From the NCBI RefSeq assembly GCF_006345805.1, contig NC_043022.1, positions 24,366,001 through 24,430,000 on the forward strand: 64,000 bases of DNA, given 5' to 3'. Shown here piece after piece: positions 22,631 to 36,130 of the stretch. The position numbers were made by a program, and so were the translations under genes. The stretch's first letter is position 1; every line of letters starts with the position of its first letter. The stretch is from Octopus sinensis (lineage: Eukaryota). Under the pieces are notes generated by a model. The model was not told the origin of the DNA and searched no databases. It worked only from the letters and a program-made list of their open reading frames with translations.

Positions 22631-24017
22631 ATGCAACCATTCATATACTCTGACAATTTTGATACCAGTTATGCTGTCCTCAAAAATAAAAGCATCTTGC
22701 AAAATGTAAATAACCTTTGAAATAAGATATATTTTCTAAATGGTATGAAAAACAATCCTTAACCATCCTTGCACTCCTCATGCACCACAATAAACAAAAA
22801 TTCAAAACCTAGGCGCCACTACATACATACGTGTGTGTTATTCATTGTATCTTTTACTTGTCTGAGTCCCTGGACTGTGGCCATGCTGGGGCACTGCCTT
22901 GAAGGGATTAGTTGAACAAATTGACCCCAGTATATATTTCTTTTTAATCTAGTACTTATTCTATTGGTTTTTTTTGCTGAACCACCATGTTAGAGACATA
23001 AACAAACCAACACCAGCTGCCAAACAGTGGGGAGGATAAACACAAATGTACACACACATGCATATCCATACATACACACATGTACATACACACACACACA
23101 TATATATATACTTACACAGGATGGGCTTCCACACATTTTCCATCTACCAAATTTACTCACAAAGCAGCGGCTGGACCAGGCCTATAGTAGGAGACACTTG
23201 CCCAAGGACTGAACCTAAAACCATATGAACCTAAAACTATATGAAAAGACAACTTCATAACCATACACCCATGTGTGTGTATATGTGTGTATATGTTTGT
23301 ATGTGTGCATATGTATGTATGTATGTATGTACATACAGTAGGACACTACACCTGTAATTATTTCAACAAACCCTGCTGTGTCTTTCTCACAAGGTTTACA
23401 GCAGGTGAAATACAATTCTATAAGTACACCTCCCTATACATACCCCCTACACTCACACCCTGACCTCCAATACATACTGATACACTCTAAACAACAGCAG
23501 CGATTTATGGCATATTTGGTGATAAAGACAAGCAGTTAAGTTTCAAAGGAATACTTTAGATGGCAGAGGTCACACGAAAGACAGACAGACATTGCTCCAG
23601 AGGTCAGCTCTGTGCTTCATGACTGAGCTTGGAGTGAATATGTCCCACAGCTATAATAGGTAGTCAAGCTTGTCAATGTACCTTTAGAATGCTAGTTTGG
23701 AGAGAGAGACAGGGAGAGCAAGCAGGATGGAGAGGGAAAGAGAGCAAGAGGTGGCAGAGAGAACATATTAGGGTAGGCTTACATATCCTATTACAAGCCA
23801 TAGGTTACAAACTAGTCACTGCTGCCTTAATTGCTCTCCCACACCAGTCATCATCACCACAATCATCAGCATAATCATCTTCACAATGCTGTTATAAATG
23901 TTAACCAATCTCTTCAAACAGGGAAACTGATTTGTTCAAATTTAACATTAAATTCACTTATTAATATAATACCAATTAATATAAATTTAAGACATTTGCA
24001 ATGTAGTGTGTGTATGA

Positions 24018-24072
<55 letters not shown>

Positions 24073-24124
24073 CTTGTTAGTGTGCATGTGTGTATATATG
24101 TGTGTATGTGTACAAGCACGTATG

Positions 24125-24462
24125 TAGCTGGTTCTCCACTGGTTATGACAATATGGGTTCCAGTTGTCCTCATCAAGAGAACGGCTTGCTCATGAAATTA
24201 ATGTGCAAGTGGCTGAGTACACCACAGACACATATACCCATAACATAGTTGTCGGGGAGATTCAGTGTGATACAGAATGTGATAAGGCTGGCCCTCTGAA
24301 TAACTTTTTGGCAACTCACTTTTGCCAGCTGAGTAGACTGGAGCAAGATGAAATAAAGTGTCTTGCTCAAGGACACAACATACAGCCCAATTCAGTCCAG
24401 GAATCAAACTCTCTACCTCATCACTGTGAGCCCAACGCTCAAACCACTGATCCATGCACCTT
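24125..24462 (-). mobile_element. tRNA/CORE-like SINE family F, old copy
   Basis: Minus-strand head GCATGGATCAGTGGTTTGAGC and CORE-like TGTCCTTGAGCAAGACACTTTATTTC...GCTCCAGTCTACTCAGCTG. Confidence 0.7.
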
Positions 24463-24748
24463 CATATTTTGTGTATATATGCATGTGAATGTACACATTT
24501 TATACACATGTGCACGCAAGCACATACACACAAACCTATCCATTTGTACAACTAGTAGAAAAAGATACTACATACATGTAACACTGTTAGTTAATTATCT
24601 GTTCAAAGCTACGGTTCATTCCATTGTTATTTCGAGTCCTCATTTTCCTGCATATTGCTTCAGCTAAGAAAGAGAAGCTCTTCTCAAAACAAATATCACA
24701 CACACACACACACAGTATGTGAGACAAAGAGACAGAGAGCTCCAGCTG

Positions 24749-24786
<38 letters not shown>

Positions 24787-24792
<6 letters not shown>

Positions 24793-24986
24793 ATCGCTGT
24801 GATAGATCGTTAGCCACTACACACATTTTTTTTCTCTCCTTGTTTTTTCTGTGTCCCTTTCTGTAGAAGAGCATAGGCTCGAAACGTAAAAGACTTTTTC
24901 TATTCCTGAGCATTATACTAATACATCTGTTTGTTTTGTACACCACCTGTCTTTGTCTTTTGTTTTTTTTTTCATAAACTTTCCCT
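24787..24986 (+). mobile_element. Penelope-like-element LTR remnant with hammerhead motif, in (TA)n
   Basis: Flanked by (TA)n and (TATG)n; contains CTGTAGA-A-GAGC-ATAG-GCTC-GAAAC-GTA. Confidence 0.62.
24857..24892 (+). ncRNA. Minimal type I hammerhead motif (A6U core variant)
   Basis: CUUU-CUGUAGA-A-GAGC/AUAG/GCUC-GAAAC-GUA-AAAG; stem I is CUUU/AAAG. Confidence 0.6.
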
Positions 24987-25273
24987 ATATATATGTATGT
25001 ATGTATGTATGTATACAGAAACACACACACACATATATATTAAATCACTGAATCTGGAGTTTATTTAAAAAAAACACAAAACAAATCAAATCAAATAACA
25101 ATCATCACAACTACACACCACAAGTAATCAAGAAATTCATTACATGATAATTTAATTAATTGTTTAACTACGTCATCAGAATAATTGATTTGCAAAATAA
25201 TTAGGATAGAAATAGCAAAATTAAAAAAACCAGAGAAAACACACAGCCGAAACATGCATGCCTGCATGCACAT

Positions 25274-25350
<77 letters not shown>

Positions 25351-25776
25351 ATCGGTAATGCCAGAAAGAAATGCTGTGCTTGTCTGTAGTAAATGGCACA
25401 AATAGCAAACTGGAGGAAAAAAAAAGATAATAATAATAATGATAATGATAATAAAAAAAGAACCATTATGATTAATGTTAAGTAAATGATTTAATTCTAT
25501 GAGACATGAGCCGGTTGGATGGTTTTCGACTGCTTCCTTCTACACTAATGTTATAACATTCTTGTTGTTGTTGTTGTTGTTGTCGGTGGTGGTGGTGGTG
25601 GTTGTAGAGGTGATGGTGGTGATAGTGGTATTTAGCTGTTTAAAGTGACAGTGTTTCCATGTTGCTCTTAACCTTTTTTGAAAGGTAAAAAAAACACATA
25701 TATTATCAGCAAATTTTGGCTAGATTCAATGAATTAATATCATCATTATCATCATCATTATATTATTATTATTTCG

Positions 25777-26009
25777 AAGGCGGCCAACTGGCAGAAACGT
25801 TAGCACGCCGGGCGAAATGCTTAGCAGTATTTCGTCTGCCGTTATGTTCTGAGTTCAGATTCCGCTGAGGTCGACTTTGCCTTTCATCCTTTCGGGGTCG
25901 ATAAATTAAGTACCAGTTACGCACTGGGGTCGATATAATCGACTTAATCCCTTTGTCTGTCCTTGTTTGTCCCCTCTGTGTGTAGCCCCTTGTGGGTAGT
26001 AAAGAAATA
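25777..26009 (+). mobile_element. SINE family A monomer
   Basis: AAGGCGGCCAACTGGCAGAAACGTTAGC through GTAAAGAAATA, within (ATT)n. Confidence 0.92.
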
Positions 26010-26249
26010 TATATTATTATTATTATTAAGGCAGTGAAGATGGTAAGTAGCAGAATTGTTAGCATGCCAGGCAAAAGGTTTAGCGGCATTTTGTCTGTCT
26101 TTACATTGTGAGTTCAAATCCTATTGATGTCAACTTTACCTTTCATTCTTTCAGGGTTGATAAAATGAGTACCAGTTGAGCACTGGGGTTGATGTAATCA
26201 ACTTACTCCCTCCTCTGAACTTGCTGGCCTTGTACCAAAATTTGAAACC

Positions 26250-26462
26250 GCTAAACACAGAGAGGACAAACAAGGACAGACAAAGGGGACAAAGTCGATT
26301 GCATTGACCCCAGTGCATAACTGGTACTTATTTATTCGACCCCAAAAGGATGAAAGGCAAAGTCGACCTTGGCGGAATCTGAACTCAGAACGTAGCGGCA
26401 GACAAAATACCGCTAAGCATTTCGCCCGGCATAGTAATGATTCTGCCAGCTTGTCACCTTAA
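26250..26462 (-). mobile_element. SINE family A monomer
   Basis: Reverse complement of family A. Confidence 0.88.
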
Positions 26463-26612
26463 GGATGTCATGTTGTTTAACATTAGACCAGGTCCTCCTC
26501 AAAGAAGTCTATGCTCAAATACGTTCCAGCTATGACTGGGACATATTTGATCATAGGTATGCTTCTTATCTCATCTTTCACTCAAACAATGCCTATGACC
26601 ACATTATCCAAT

Positions 26613-26910
26613 GTTGTTGTTGTTGTTTGTTCCTTCTCGAGCCATGCCTGGCTCATAAGGGCCGGTTTCCCGGTTTCTTGACATACAGGTTTCCCACCTG
26701 GATGGGACGCCGGTCCGTCGCAGGTGAGCTGCAAGATGCAGGAGGAAAGCGTGAGAGAAAGTTGTGGCGAAAGAGTCAGCAGAAGTTCGCCATTACCTTC
26801 TGCCGGAGCCACGTGGAGCTTAGGTGTTTTGCTCATAAACACACACATCAGCCGGTCTGAGATTCGAACCCGCAATCCCTCGACCGCGAGTTCGCTGCTC
26901 TAACCACTAG
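26613..26910 (-). mobile_element. SINE family D
   Basis: Near-identical to 16381-16686. Confidence 0.88.
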
Positions 26911-27229
26911 TTCTTTCCAGTTTAAGAATGTAATTTGAAGGAGATTTAGCTACTATTTCCAGCAATTTCAGCAACCTGCTTGAGTGTTTGCGTGTACGCG
27001 TATGCATGGGCACAGAAGTGGTAGGCATGGTTGGGGTGGAGAGCTGGGATATCAGTGACAAGATTTAACTTGTTAATCTTCAAGTTCTGTAATTATAGAT
27101 AATAAAACATATTGCTAGCACCTAGTCTAGGGAGACCTCACTACCTTACCCTACCTACCACCTATTCTTGGGAGAGATAAGAGACACAGGTCTTCAGGCC
27201 AGCCAGTCTCTTATCTAATAGACACACTG

Positions 27230-27269
<40 letters not shown>

Positions 27270-28075
27270 TATTAGTAGTGTTAGTTTTATCATCACTGTG
27301 ATAAAAAAACAGGAGTGGAGGTTGCAGAAATGATAAGCTGTTGAACTTAAATAAATAAATACTCACTTGGTGTCTGCTACACTATTGAACTTCAAACTTT
27401 ATTGTGGAGGACCGCTGCCCTCTCAACACCACCCAGTCCACCTTCTTCCCCACACCAATTACTCTCCACTGCCACCATACTCTTTCTTATATGCCACTTA
27501 CTGAATTACACCTTCACATCAAATTTTCTTCTCTCCCCGACACACACACACTACCCATCCTACCCCACCCATTTCCTTTGTAAGTCAAAGAAACAATACT
27601 ATAACGGAAGAAGGTCACCTCTCCTTGGCTTCCCCCTCAGTCAGGGCTGTCTCTGCATCTTGCATGCACAGGCCTGGAGCAATGGTTTATCTTTGCAGAA
27701 GACTGACAGTTACCCATGCATGTACATCTCCTCTCTCCACACTATTGATGCTGACTAAAGGAAAGGTAAGGCTGATTACAGTTTGGTACTGGTACTGTCA
27801 TAAAGTACTGCAGCTACACCACAGGCAACTGGAATACAGACTGCGCGCAAGACACTCCACCTGGCACTCTAATAGGTTTGTTAATCCACTACCTTCAATT
27901 GGTAGCCTTAAGTCTTTTCTTTTATAGACCCTGAAACCTATTTATGTGTATGTGTGTCTGCATGTATGTACATATGTATGTGTACATCCCTGCTTGTATA
28001 TATATAAATATACATATATATGGACAACACGGACAAAACTTCTTAAGAAAATACATATTCAAATAAGTAAACCAT

Positions 28076-28114
28076 AATATCATGAATACCGAAAGTGAAA
28101 CCGGTCGATATATT
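28076..28114 (+). ncRNA. Decayed Penelope-type minimal hammerhead (C3-U4-G5 missing)
   Basis: AUAUC-[CUG absent]-AUGA-AU-AC/CGAAA/GU-GAAAC-CG-GUC-GAUAU; ACCGGU palindrome; host segment 28021-28210 lies between (TA)n tracts. Confidence 0.45.
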
Positions 28115-28216
28115 AAAAATTATATTAAAACTATATAAAGTATGTGTATTTTCCTTTTTTTAATTTCTTATATATATCACAACTCAGCATGTGGGGATCG
28201 AATTCCTCCTTTCTGT

Positions 28217-28263
<47 letters not shown>

Positions 28264-28433
28264 ATAGCTGTCTGCTTGTGGGTATGTATGTGTTTGTGCA
28301 TTGTGTAATGTCAGATGTGAAGTGGAATACAGACTGCAATCAAGGCCCTCTGCTTCACACTCTAATAGTTCTGTCAAACCACTATCCTCAATAGGTAACC
28401 TTAAGTTTTTCCTTTTACTGCTCCTGAAATACA

Positions 28434-28647
28434 CAAGAGGGTGTTGAAAGGTTCCTGGCTTTGAGTAAAAGTAAATACAAAAGGATCAGTTAATTACGAC
28501 TTTTATTTAACATTTTCTATATTCGCCTCTCAGATTCACACACTTATTGCAGCAGTTCTTCAGGTTTTCTAAGCCCTGTAAAAGAACTCGGAAGTTTGGG
28601 CCTTTAACGATACCCTTTATAGCCAGAAACTTTTCAGCATATCCTTG
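28434..28647. mobile_element. Tc1/mariner-type MITE
   Basis: TIRs CAAGAGGGTGTTGAAAGGTTCCTGGCT / AGCCAGAAACTTTTCAGCATATCCTTG, followed by TA. Confidence 0.7.
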
Positions 28648-29469
28648 TATGTGTCACAACAATTTAAATTCAGAACACAGGGTGTTGAAGCAAATACAAC
28701 TGGCAACCCACAAAATGTTAGAACATGTTCTGCAAGGCTCTCACCTGGATCACTAAGAGTGCCACCAAACCAAATGCACAGAAATGGTGCATTTTTTAAT
28801 CAACACCAAAAGGATGAAAGATAAAGTTGACCTTGGTAGTAGGATTTGAACTCACAACAGAGCGATGGAAGAGATACTGCGATGCATTCTATCTGATGTT
28901 CTTAGAAGACCCAGAAATATGAGAAAAGGGAAGAAGCCTCAAGTACAAGAGAAGCCAAATTCATCCTCAAATCCCAGCCTACCGTCTTATTAAGGGAAGG
29001 ACACACTGAACAATGCCAAACTGATCAAATGTACCAAAAACAAAACAAAAAAGAGAGAAAAAGCAAGTTAAACAAGCTGCTGTGTGGTTGCTTGATTTGC
29101 TATATATAACAGCTAAATTTCCTTTCAATCACACTATTAACGACTTATAAAAGTAAGATATATTTGGATAATATAGTCTGAGATGGCCCTAAAAAGATAG
29201 GATGGGCATAGTTGGAGTGTCTTTGAGCAAAGGACTGCTTAATGATAGCTAAAGATGCCAAGAAGCAGAGAATTATTAAGTGCATAATTAGGATAGATAG
29301 ACAGGTAGAGAGGGGGGAGACAGACAGACAGAGAAGAAAAGGCAATGTGATACACCAACACAAGCCATTCCACAACATCAAACTATACACACACTCATAC
29401 ATACATGCATATACATATATAGACCAAAAACTATATAAATACTTAAACATTCATTCATGTATAAATGCA

Positions 29470-30302
29470 TACACACACACACACACACATCTATCTATCT
29501 TTTTCTATCTACCCATACATCTGCCTGTCGAGCTGTCCAACCACCCATCCATCCATCCATCTGCCTGTTTATCTATCAATCTATCTATCTATCTATCTAT
29601 CTATCGATTATATATATATATATATAGATATATATATATAAATATATTATATATATCTACAGTCATACAAAGGCAGATATATACCTGTGTGTGTAAAAAC
29701 AGTAATACTAAAAAATTATGAAGATGATGATGTTGATGATAGTAACAATAACAATCATAAAAATTATGATTTGTGTAACAACAGTATTATAATAATAATA
29801 ATAATAATATAATAATAATAATCATAATATAACAATAATAATAATATTAAGAGAAAGAGAGAGAGAGAGAGAGTGTGTCTGCACCTAATGAGATGTAACA
29901 GACATTTGTAGTAAGACATATTTCTAAATTAGAAAGATGCCAATATCTAACGAAGAAAGACAGAAAAGAGAAAAGGAAAATAATATTAAAAAAAAAAACG
30001 AAAATAATAATTTTTCATCTAATGTTATTATTTCAGAGAAAGAGAGAAAGAGAGAGATACGAGAGTTTATTAGTTCAGTTTAAAGCTGAACATTTTCAAC
30101 AACACATCACCCCCACCACCACCTCTGGTACTTCACCATCCACAGCATCACCCACATGCACAAATGCATACAGACCCATAAGCAGACAGATACACACACA
30201 CACACACACACACACCACACACATCTATCTATCTTTTTCTATCTACCCATACATCTGCCTGTCGAGCTGTCCAACCACCCATCCATCCATCCATCTGCCT
30301 GT

Positions 30303-30374
<72 letters not shown>

Positions 30375-30518
30375 ATATATATATATATCTACAGTCATAC
30401 AAAGGCAGATATACCATGTGTGTGTAAAAACAGTAATACTAAAAAATTATGAAGATGATGATGTTGATGATAGTAACAATAACAATCATAAAAATTATGA
30501 TTTGTGTAACAACAGTAT

Positions 30519-30568
<50 letters not shown>

Positions 30569-30919
30569 TAATAATAATATTAAGAGAAAGAGAGAGAGAG
30601 AGAGAGTGTGTCTGCACCTAATGAGATGTAACAGACATTTGTAGTAAGACATATTTCTAAATTAGAAAGATGCCAATATCTAACGAAGAAAGACAGAAAA
30701 AGAGAAAAGGAAAATAATATTAAAAAAAAAAACGAAAATAATAATTTTTCATCTAATGTTATTATTTCAGAGAAAGAGAGAAAGAGAGAGAGAGAGAGTT
30801 ATTAGTTCAGTTTAAAGCTGAACATTTTCAACAACCATCACCCCCCACCACCACCTCTGGTACTTCACCATCCAGCATCACACACATGCACAAATGCATA
30901 CATACCCATAAGCAGACAG

Positions 30920-30955
<36 letters not shown>
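29470..30955. repeat. ~733-bp tandem duplication (2 copies)
   Basis: GTGTCTGCACCTAATG at ~29875 and ~30607; CTCTGGTACTTCACC at ~30122 and ~30855; ends lie in (CA)n. Confidence 0.92.
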
Positions 30956-30970
<15 letters not shown>

Positions 30971-31184
30971 ATATATATATATATACGAGCAGCGATGCAT
31001 ACGTACTCATTGTACATACGTGCAGACACACACAAGGACACATGTACTGAGATGCACATGTGCATACGTGCAAACACACATACAGACAGACATAAGGGAA
31101 TACATACAAAGTTACACATACATATACATACACATGCAAATATGCAAACACCTTTACATACACATACATACATAGAGGCATTCT

Positions 31185-31189
31185 TACAT

Positions 31190-31229
<40 letters not shown>

Positions 31230-31391
31230 TGCATATATATACACACATATATATATATCACACATATATATATATACATATATATATACACACACACACA
31301 TATATATATACATCTATACACACACACACATATATATATACATATATATATATATACACACACACACATATATATACATATATATATATAT

Positions 31392-31442
<51 letters not shown>

Positions 31443-31520
31443 TATACATACATATATATATATATATACATACATATAACTATACATACATACATACATA
31501 TATACATACACACACACACA
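31185..31520. repeat. Compound (TA)n/(CA)n microsatellite
   Basis: Direct reading. Confidence 0.95.
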
Positions 31521-32062
31521 CAAGCACATGCAGAGATCATACACATTTGTACATACACTGACAACCAAACAAAAACGCACATAGACTTAACAGATAAGGA
31601 GAGGAGAAAAATTTTTTTTATTATTATCATTATTATTATTATTATTATTATTGTTGTTGTTGTTGTTGTCATTATTATCATTATTTTGTTATTTAATGAA
31701 AATTAAATAGTAAATGTCAGAAAATTAAGTTTGAAAAAAAAAATCAATTTGATCTTTATTTGATTAATGAATACAAAACAGAATTCCATCATTTTTACAT
31801 CCAGTCTAATTTATAATGAGTTCTTCTCTCGTTATAATTATCATCATCATTAAAGAGAGCAGTGACTGGCAGAAACAGGAGCAGCACTGAATTCAGTTCC
31901 TTGCAGCAGCAGCAGCAGTGTTTTACTCCTGAGTTCTAATTATTGCTGAGAACAATTTTACCTTTCATGCTCCCCAAGGAGGCAATAAAATTAATGTAGC
32001 TATCGACCAAACTCTGGTGTTTCTCCTACAGAAAACGGCGCTGCTTCCATACCTAGGTCAAC

Positions 32063-32301
32063 ACTCTCTTTTACTCTTTTACTTGTTTCAGTCATTTGGC
32101 TGCGGCCATGCTGGAGCACCACCTTTAGTCGAGCAACTCGACCCCCCGGGACTGATTCTTTTGTAAGCCCAGTACTTATTCTATCTGTCTCTTTTGCCGA
32201 ACCGCTAAGTGACGGTGATGTAAACACACCAGCATTGGTTGTCAAGCAATGCTAGGGGGACAAACACAGACACACAAACATACACACACACAGACACACA
32301 A

Positions 32302-32366
<65 letters not shown>

Positions 32367-32532
32367 TACGACGGGCGTCTTTCAGTTTCCGTCAATCAAA
32401 TCCACTCACAAGGCTTTGGTCGGCCCATGGCTATAGTAGAAGACACTTGCCCAAGGTGCCACGCAGTGGGACTGAACCCGGAACCATGTGGTTGGTTAGC
32501 AAGCTACTTACCACACAGCCACTCCTGCGCCT
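32063..32532 (-). mobile_element. SINE family B, full length
   Basis: Reverse complement of family B. Confidence 0.92.
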
Positions 32533-33833
32533 ATTAACATTATCACTATTAACGTATACAACAATGTTTACAGCGAAGGGAGCGAAGTGGTAGAACTGTT
32601 AGAGTGTTAGATACAACACCTCACAGCATTCATCCCAACGCACCATGCTCTGAGTTCAATGACAGATTCCATGAAGGATTCAATGGTCTAAAAAGTTTGG
32701 GGACTCCTTGAATTAAACCCTTCAAAGTGGCATCCCAGCATGGCCACAGTCCAAATGACTGAAACAAGTAAAAGATAAAAGATACAGATGCACACACACA
32801 CACGTGTGTGTGTGTGTGTTTGTATAAATGTGTGTGTGTGTACAAGGGAAGTATGTGAGTGTTTGTATGTGTGATTATTATGTACCATATTTATATATAA
32901 AATACTACAATTAGCCATCATTATTGACGGCACGTGGTCAGCTAGTCCAAAATAAAATATCTACATACATACATTTGATTACTGGAATATGCAGATGTGC
33001 TTCATGCAGTGACAGACAGCTTGGATGATTTAATCTCTTCCATATCCTAAAACCAAGGTGTTCCATAAAAACATTGGTGTGGGTGCTGGTGCCATATAAA
33101 AAGTACTGGTGAAGGTACCATGTAGAGTGGCTGGCATTAAGAAGAGCATCCAGCTGTAGAAACCTAAGCCAAAATAGACTATGAAACATGATACATGCTC
33201 CTCGCCTTGCCAGTTCTTGTCAAGCCGGGCACCTCATGTCAGTATGGAAAATGGACATTAAATGATGGTGATGATGATGGACAAGTTAAATAAACAGCTG
33301 TAACAGTCAATTTAACAGTTATAGTGACTACAAATACCTTAAACTTGGTAACTGACCCCCAACTTTTGGAGATTTAGGGAGTGTGTGGATTTCCTTAACA
33401 TAATAAACAGAGTAAAAGCAAAAATAAAAGCATGTATGTTGTGAGTTTCTGTATACTTTGAGCTGTCAAATTTTCCCCTTTTAAAAAAACACAAAGCAAC
33501 CCCCACCCCCTCCCCCGAAAAAAACGAGAAAAAAAACAAAAAAAAAAAACAGTATAAATTATCAGATACCAAAGTTTCTGTGTGTAAAACAGCACTTTAT
33601 ATTTGAACAGTTCAATCCCTCCTCTGAAAGGAGAGAAAGAGAGAGAGAGAGAAGGGCAGGTGGGGTGTTACAACAGCATCACATATTGATCAGCCAGAAC
33701 CTAGCTGCAGTGTATGCATGCATTTATATATACACACACACACACACACGCACATATATATATACATATATATATATACATATACATATTTATATATACA
33801 TATATATATATATATATACATATATATATACAT

Positions 33834-33870
<37 letters not shown>

Positions 33871-34604
33871 AATATATATACACACACACACACACTCACA
33901 CACATACACTGCAATGAGGCTCTCTCTCACACACACAGGTATGTATGTGCGTATGCATGTATGTATGTAGGTAGGTAGGTAAGCGTATCCATTACAGAAA
34001 TAAATAGATAGGTTTAAAAAACTGGCAGCTCCCCCACTCTTCTTCCTCTTCTGATTTATTCTTCACTCCTTTTAGAATAATGAGGTGGTGATGCCAGTGG
34101 ATGAGAGAATGGAGTGGGGGTGTCTGTTCAACATTGAATGGATCAATTTAGGGATAATCATAGCAAGTTCCTCAAGGAAAAACATATACAACGGAATGAA
34201 AATAAATTGAACAAAAAATATATCAGAGGGAGAAAGTGGGTGGGTGGGTGGGTTTCAAGAGAAAAAATGGAGGTGGGGGTATGAAAAAGATAGGGAAAAA
34301 AAAAAGAAAAGAAAGTGAAGAAAGATGAAAAGAAGAAAAGTGATAAAGAACATAAAGAACATGGAGTAGTTTAAAGCTAGGCCAAGGAGTTCATACATTT
34401 TGGTAGCTTTTCGTTCTCTGGTTTAAGAGTTAAAATTTGATAATACTGAGATGTTCCTTCGGTCTCAGTTCAGGCCTGATACGGCATCAGACCTAATAAT
34501 GAATGACATTCCAAATATGACTACCCTGTTTTTTTTTTAATCCAATGTATCATACATCCCTAACACCGTTCTACTTAAAAAAAAAAGAAAAAAAATACAA
34601 ACAA

Positions 34605-35000
34605 TAGGCGCAGGAGTGGCTGTGTGGTAAGTAGCTTGCTTACCAACCACATGGTTCCGGGTTCAGTCCCACTGCTTGGCACCTTGGGCAAGTGTCTTCT
34701 ACTATAGCCTCGGGCCGGCCAAAGCCTTGTGAGTGGATTTGGTAAATGGAAACTGAAAGAAGCCCATCGTATATATGTATATATATGTGTGTCTGTGTTT
34801 GTCCCCGCCCCCTCAACATTGCTTGACAACCGATGATGGTGTGTTTACGTCCCCGTAACTTAGTGGTTTGGCAAAAGAGACCGATAGAATAAGTACTAGG
34901 CTTACAAAGAATAAGTCCTGGGGTCGATTTGCTCGACTAAAAGCGGTGCTCCAGCATGGCCGCAGTCAAATGACTGAAACAAGTAAAAGAGTAAAGAGTA
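34605..35000 (+). mobile_element. SINE family B, full length
   Basis: Head through AAAAGAGT tail. Confidence 0.92.
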
Positions 35001-35013
35001 AATAGAGTGAGGT

Positions 35014-35195
35014 TTAACCTTTAAGCATTCAAACCAGCCAGATCCAACCTCTTACACCAGCCCTACAGTGTCATTCCAAACCTAAACAAACACATTATTG
35101 AAATCCCAAAGCTACAAGATAATGCATGATTGATTCAAAACAATGTGAATAGCTAAGCATTACATTTGACAGTAATTTGAATGTTAAAGGGTCAA
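35014..35195. mobile_element. piggyBac-like MITE
   Basis: TTAACCTTTAAGCATTCAAA ... TTTGAATGTTAAAGGGTCAA terminal inverted repeats with TTAA-like ends. Confidence 0.65.
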
Positions 35196-35298
35196 AGGAG
35201 ATTTGGCTACTACCTTTAGGTATGTTTAGCAAGTCAAATGAATGCTTAGTGGTTTCTTCATATTGGCTAGTTTTATGGACTTCTCTTCTTAATTGCAG

Positions 35299-35354
35299 AT
35301 TGCTGTCATTTGGGACTAAATTAGCCAGGAGTGTAGTGAACATCTTCCCACACA
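35299..35354 (+). CDS. Candidate 56-nt internal exon (LLSFGTKLARSVVNIFPH), unverified
   Basis: Acceptor TTCTCTTCTTAATTGCAG and donor CACA|GTAAGT; only one frame is open. Confidence 0.27.
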
Positions 35355-35854
35355 GTAAGTATCATTTTGATTGTTTTACTGTTTTGTTATCTTCTTTCTG
35401 TTGAAATACACTGCCTCGGTTTTAATTAACTTTGAAAACAATGAAAAATTTAGTCAAATAGATATTATAAAGCTGGTGTTTGAAAGGTTGTTTATGGATG
35501 ACCAGCAGTCACCCATGCATACAAGCCTCCCCTTTCCATGCCACTGATGTTAACCAAGGGAAAGGCAAAGGCCCATACAGTGATGTCACAACTCATTTCT
35601 ACAGTTGAGTGAACTGGAACAATATAAAACAAAGTGTCTTGCTCAGGTTTGGTGGCAAGTTGGCTCTGACAGAGCCCATGATCTAAGACATTTGTTCTCA
35701 CAGAACACATCACAGTTTTAGAGGTATATTGGCCTTTTTACATTGTCCAATGTGTGTGTGTTAGCCTTCCCAAGGTAGTCCCACATTTCATTTGAGGGTG
35801 ACTACCAAAGTGAGTGCTTCATACAAGAGAAAAGATTGAATGCGATCAAATCGT

Positions 35855-35885
<31 letters not shown>

Positions 35886-36130
35886 GGATCTTTTCCTTTT
35901 GAACGGTAGTTTTCAACACAATTTCTAGTTAACTAAACACTTTTAAACTTCGTATATGGGTAGAATGTGTCAAAATAAAACGTTTTTTTCTCTTGGCTTT
36001 CTTGAGAAGATTGTAATTTGTAAGTTTAACGTAGTTTAATTTTTCAAATTTTAACCAGTCAATGGCCTCTATTGAGCTAAAATCATTTGCTGCATCTAAA
36101 ACTGTTAGAGAGAGAGAGAGAGAGAGATCC
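35886..36130. mobile_element. Relative of the GGATC-TIR MITE, right TIR disrupted by (GA)n
   Basis: GGATCTTTTCCTTTTGAACGGTAGTTTT left end; internal reverse-complement similarity to 4833-5253; AAAACTG...(GA)n...AGATCC right end. Confidence 0.6.
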
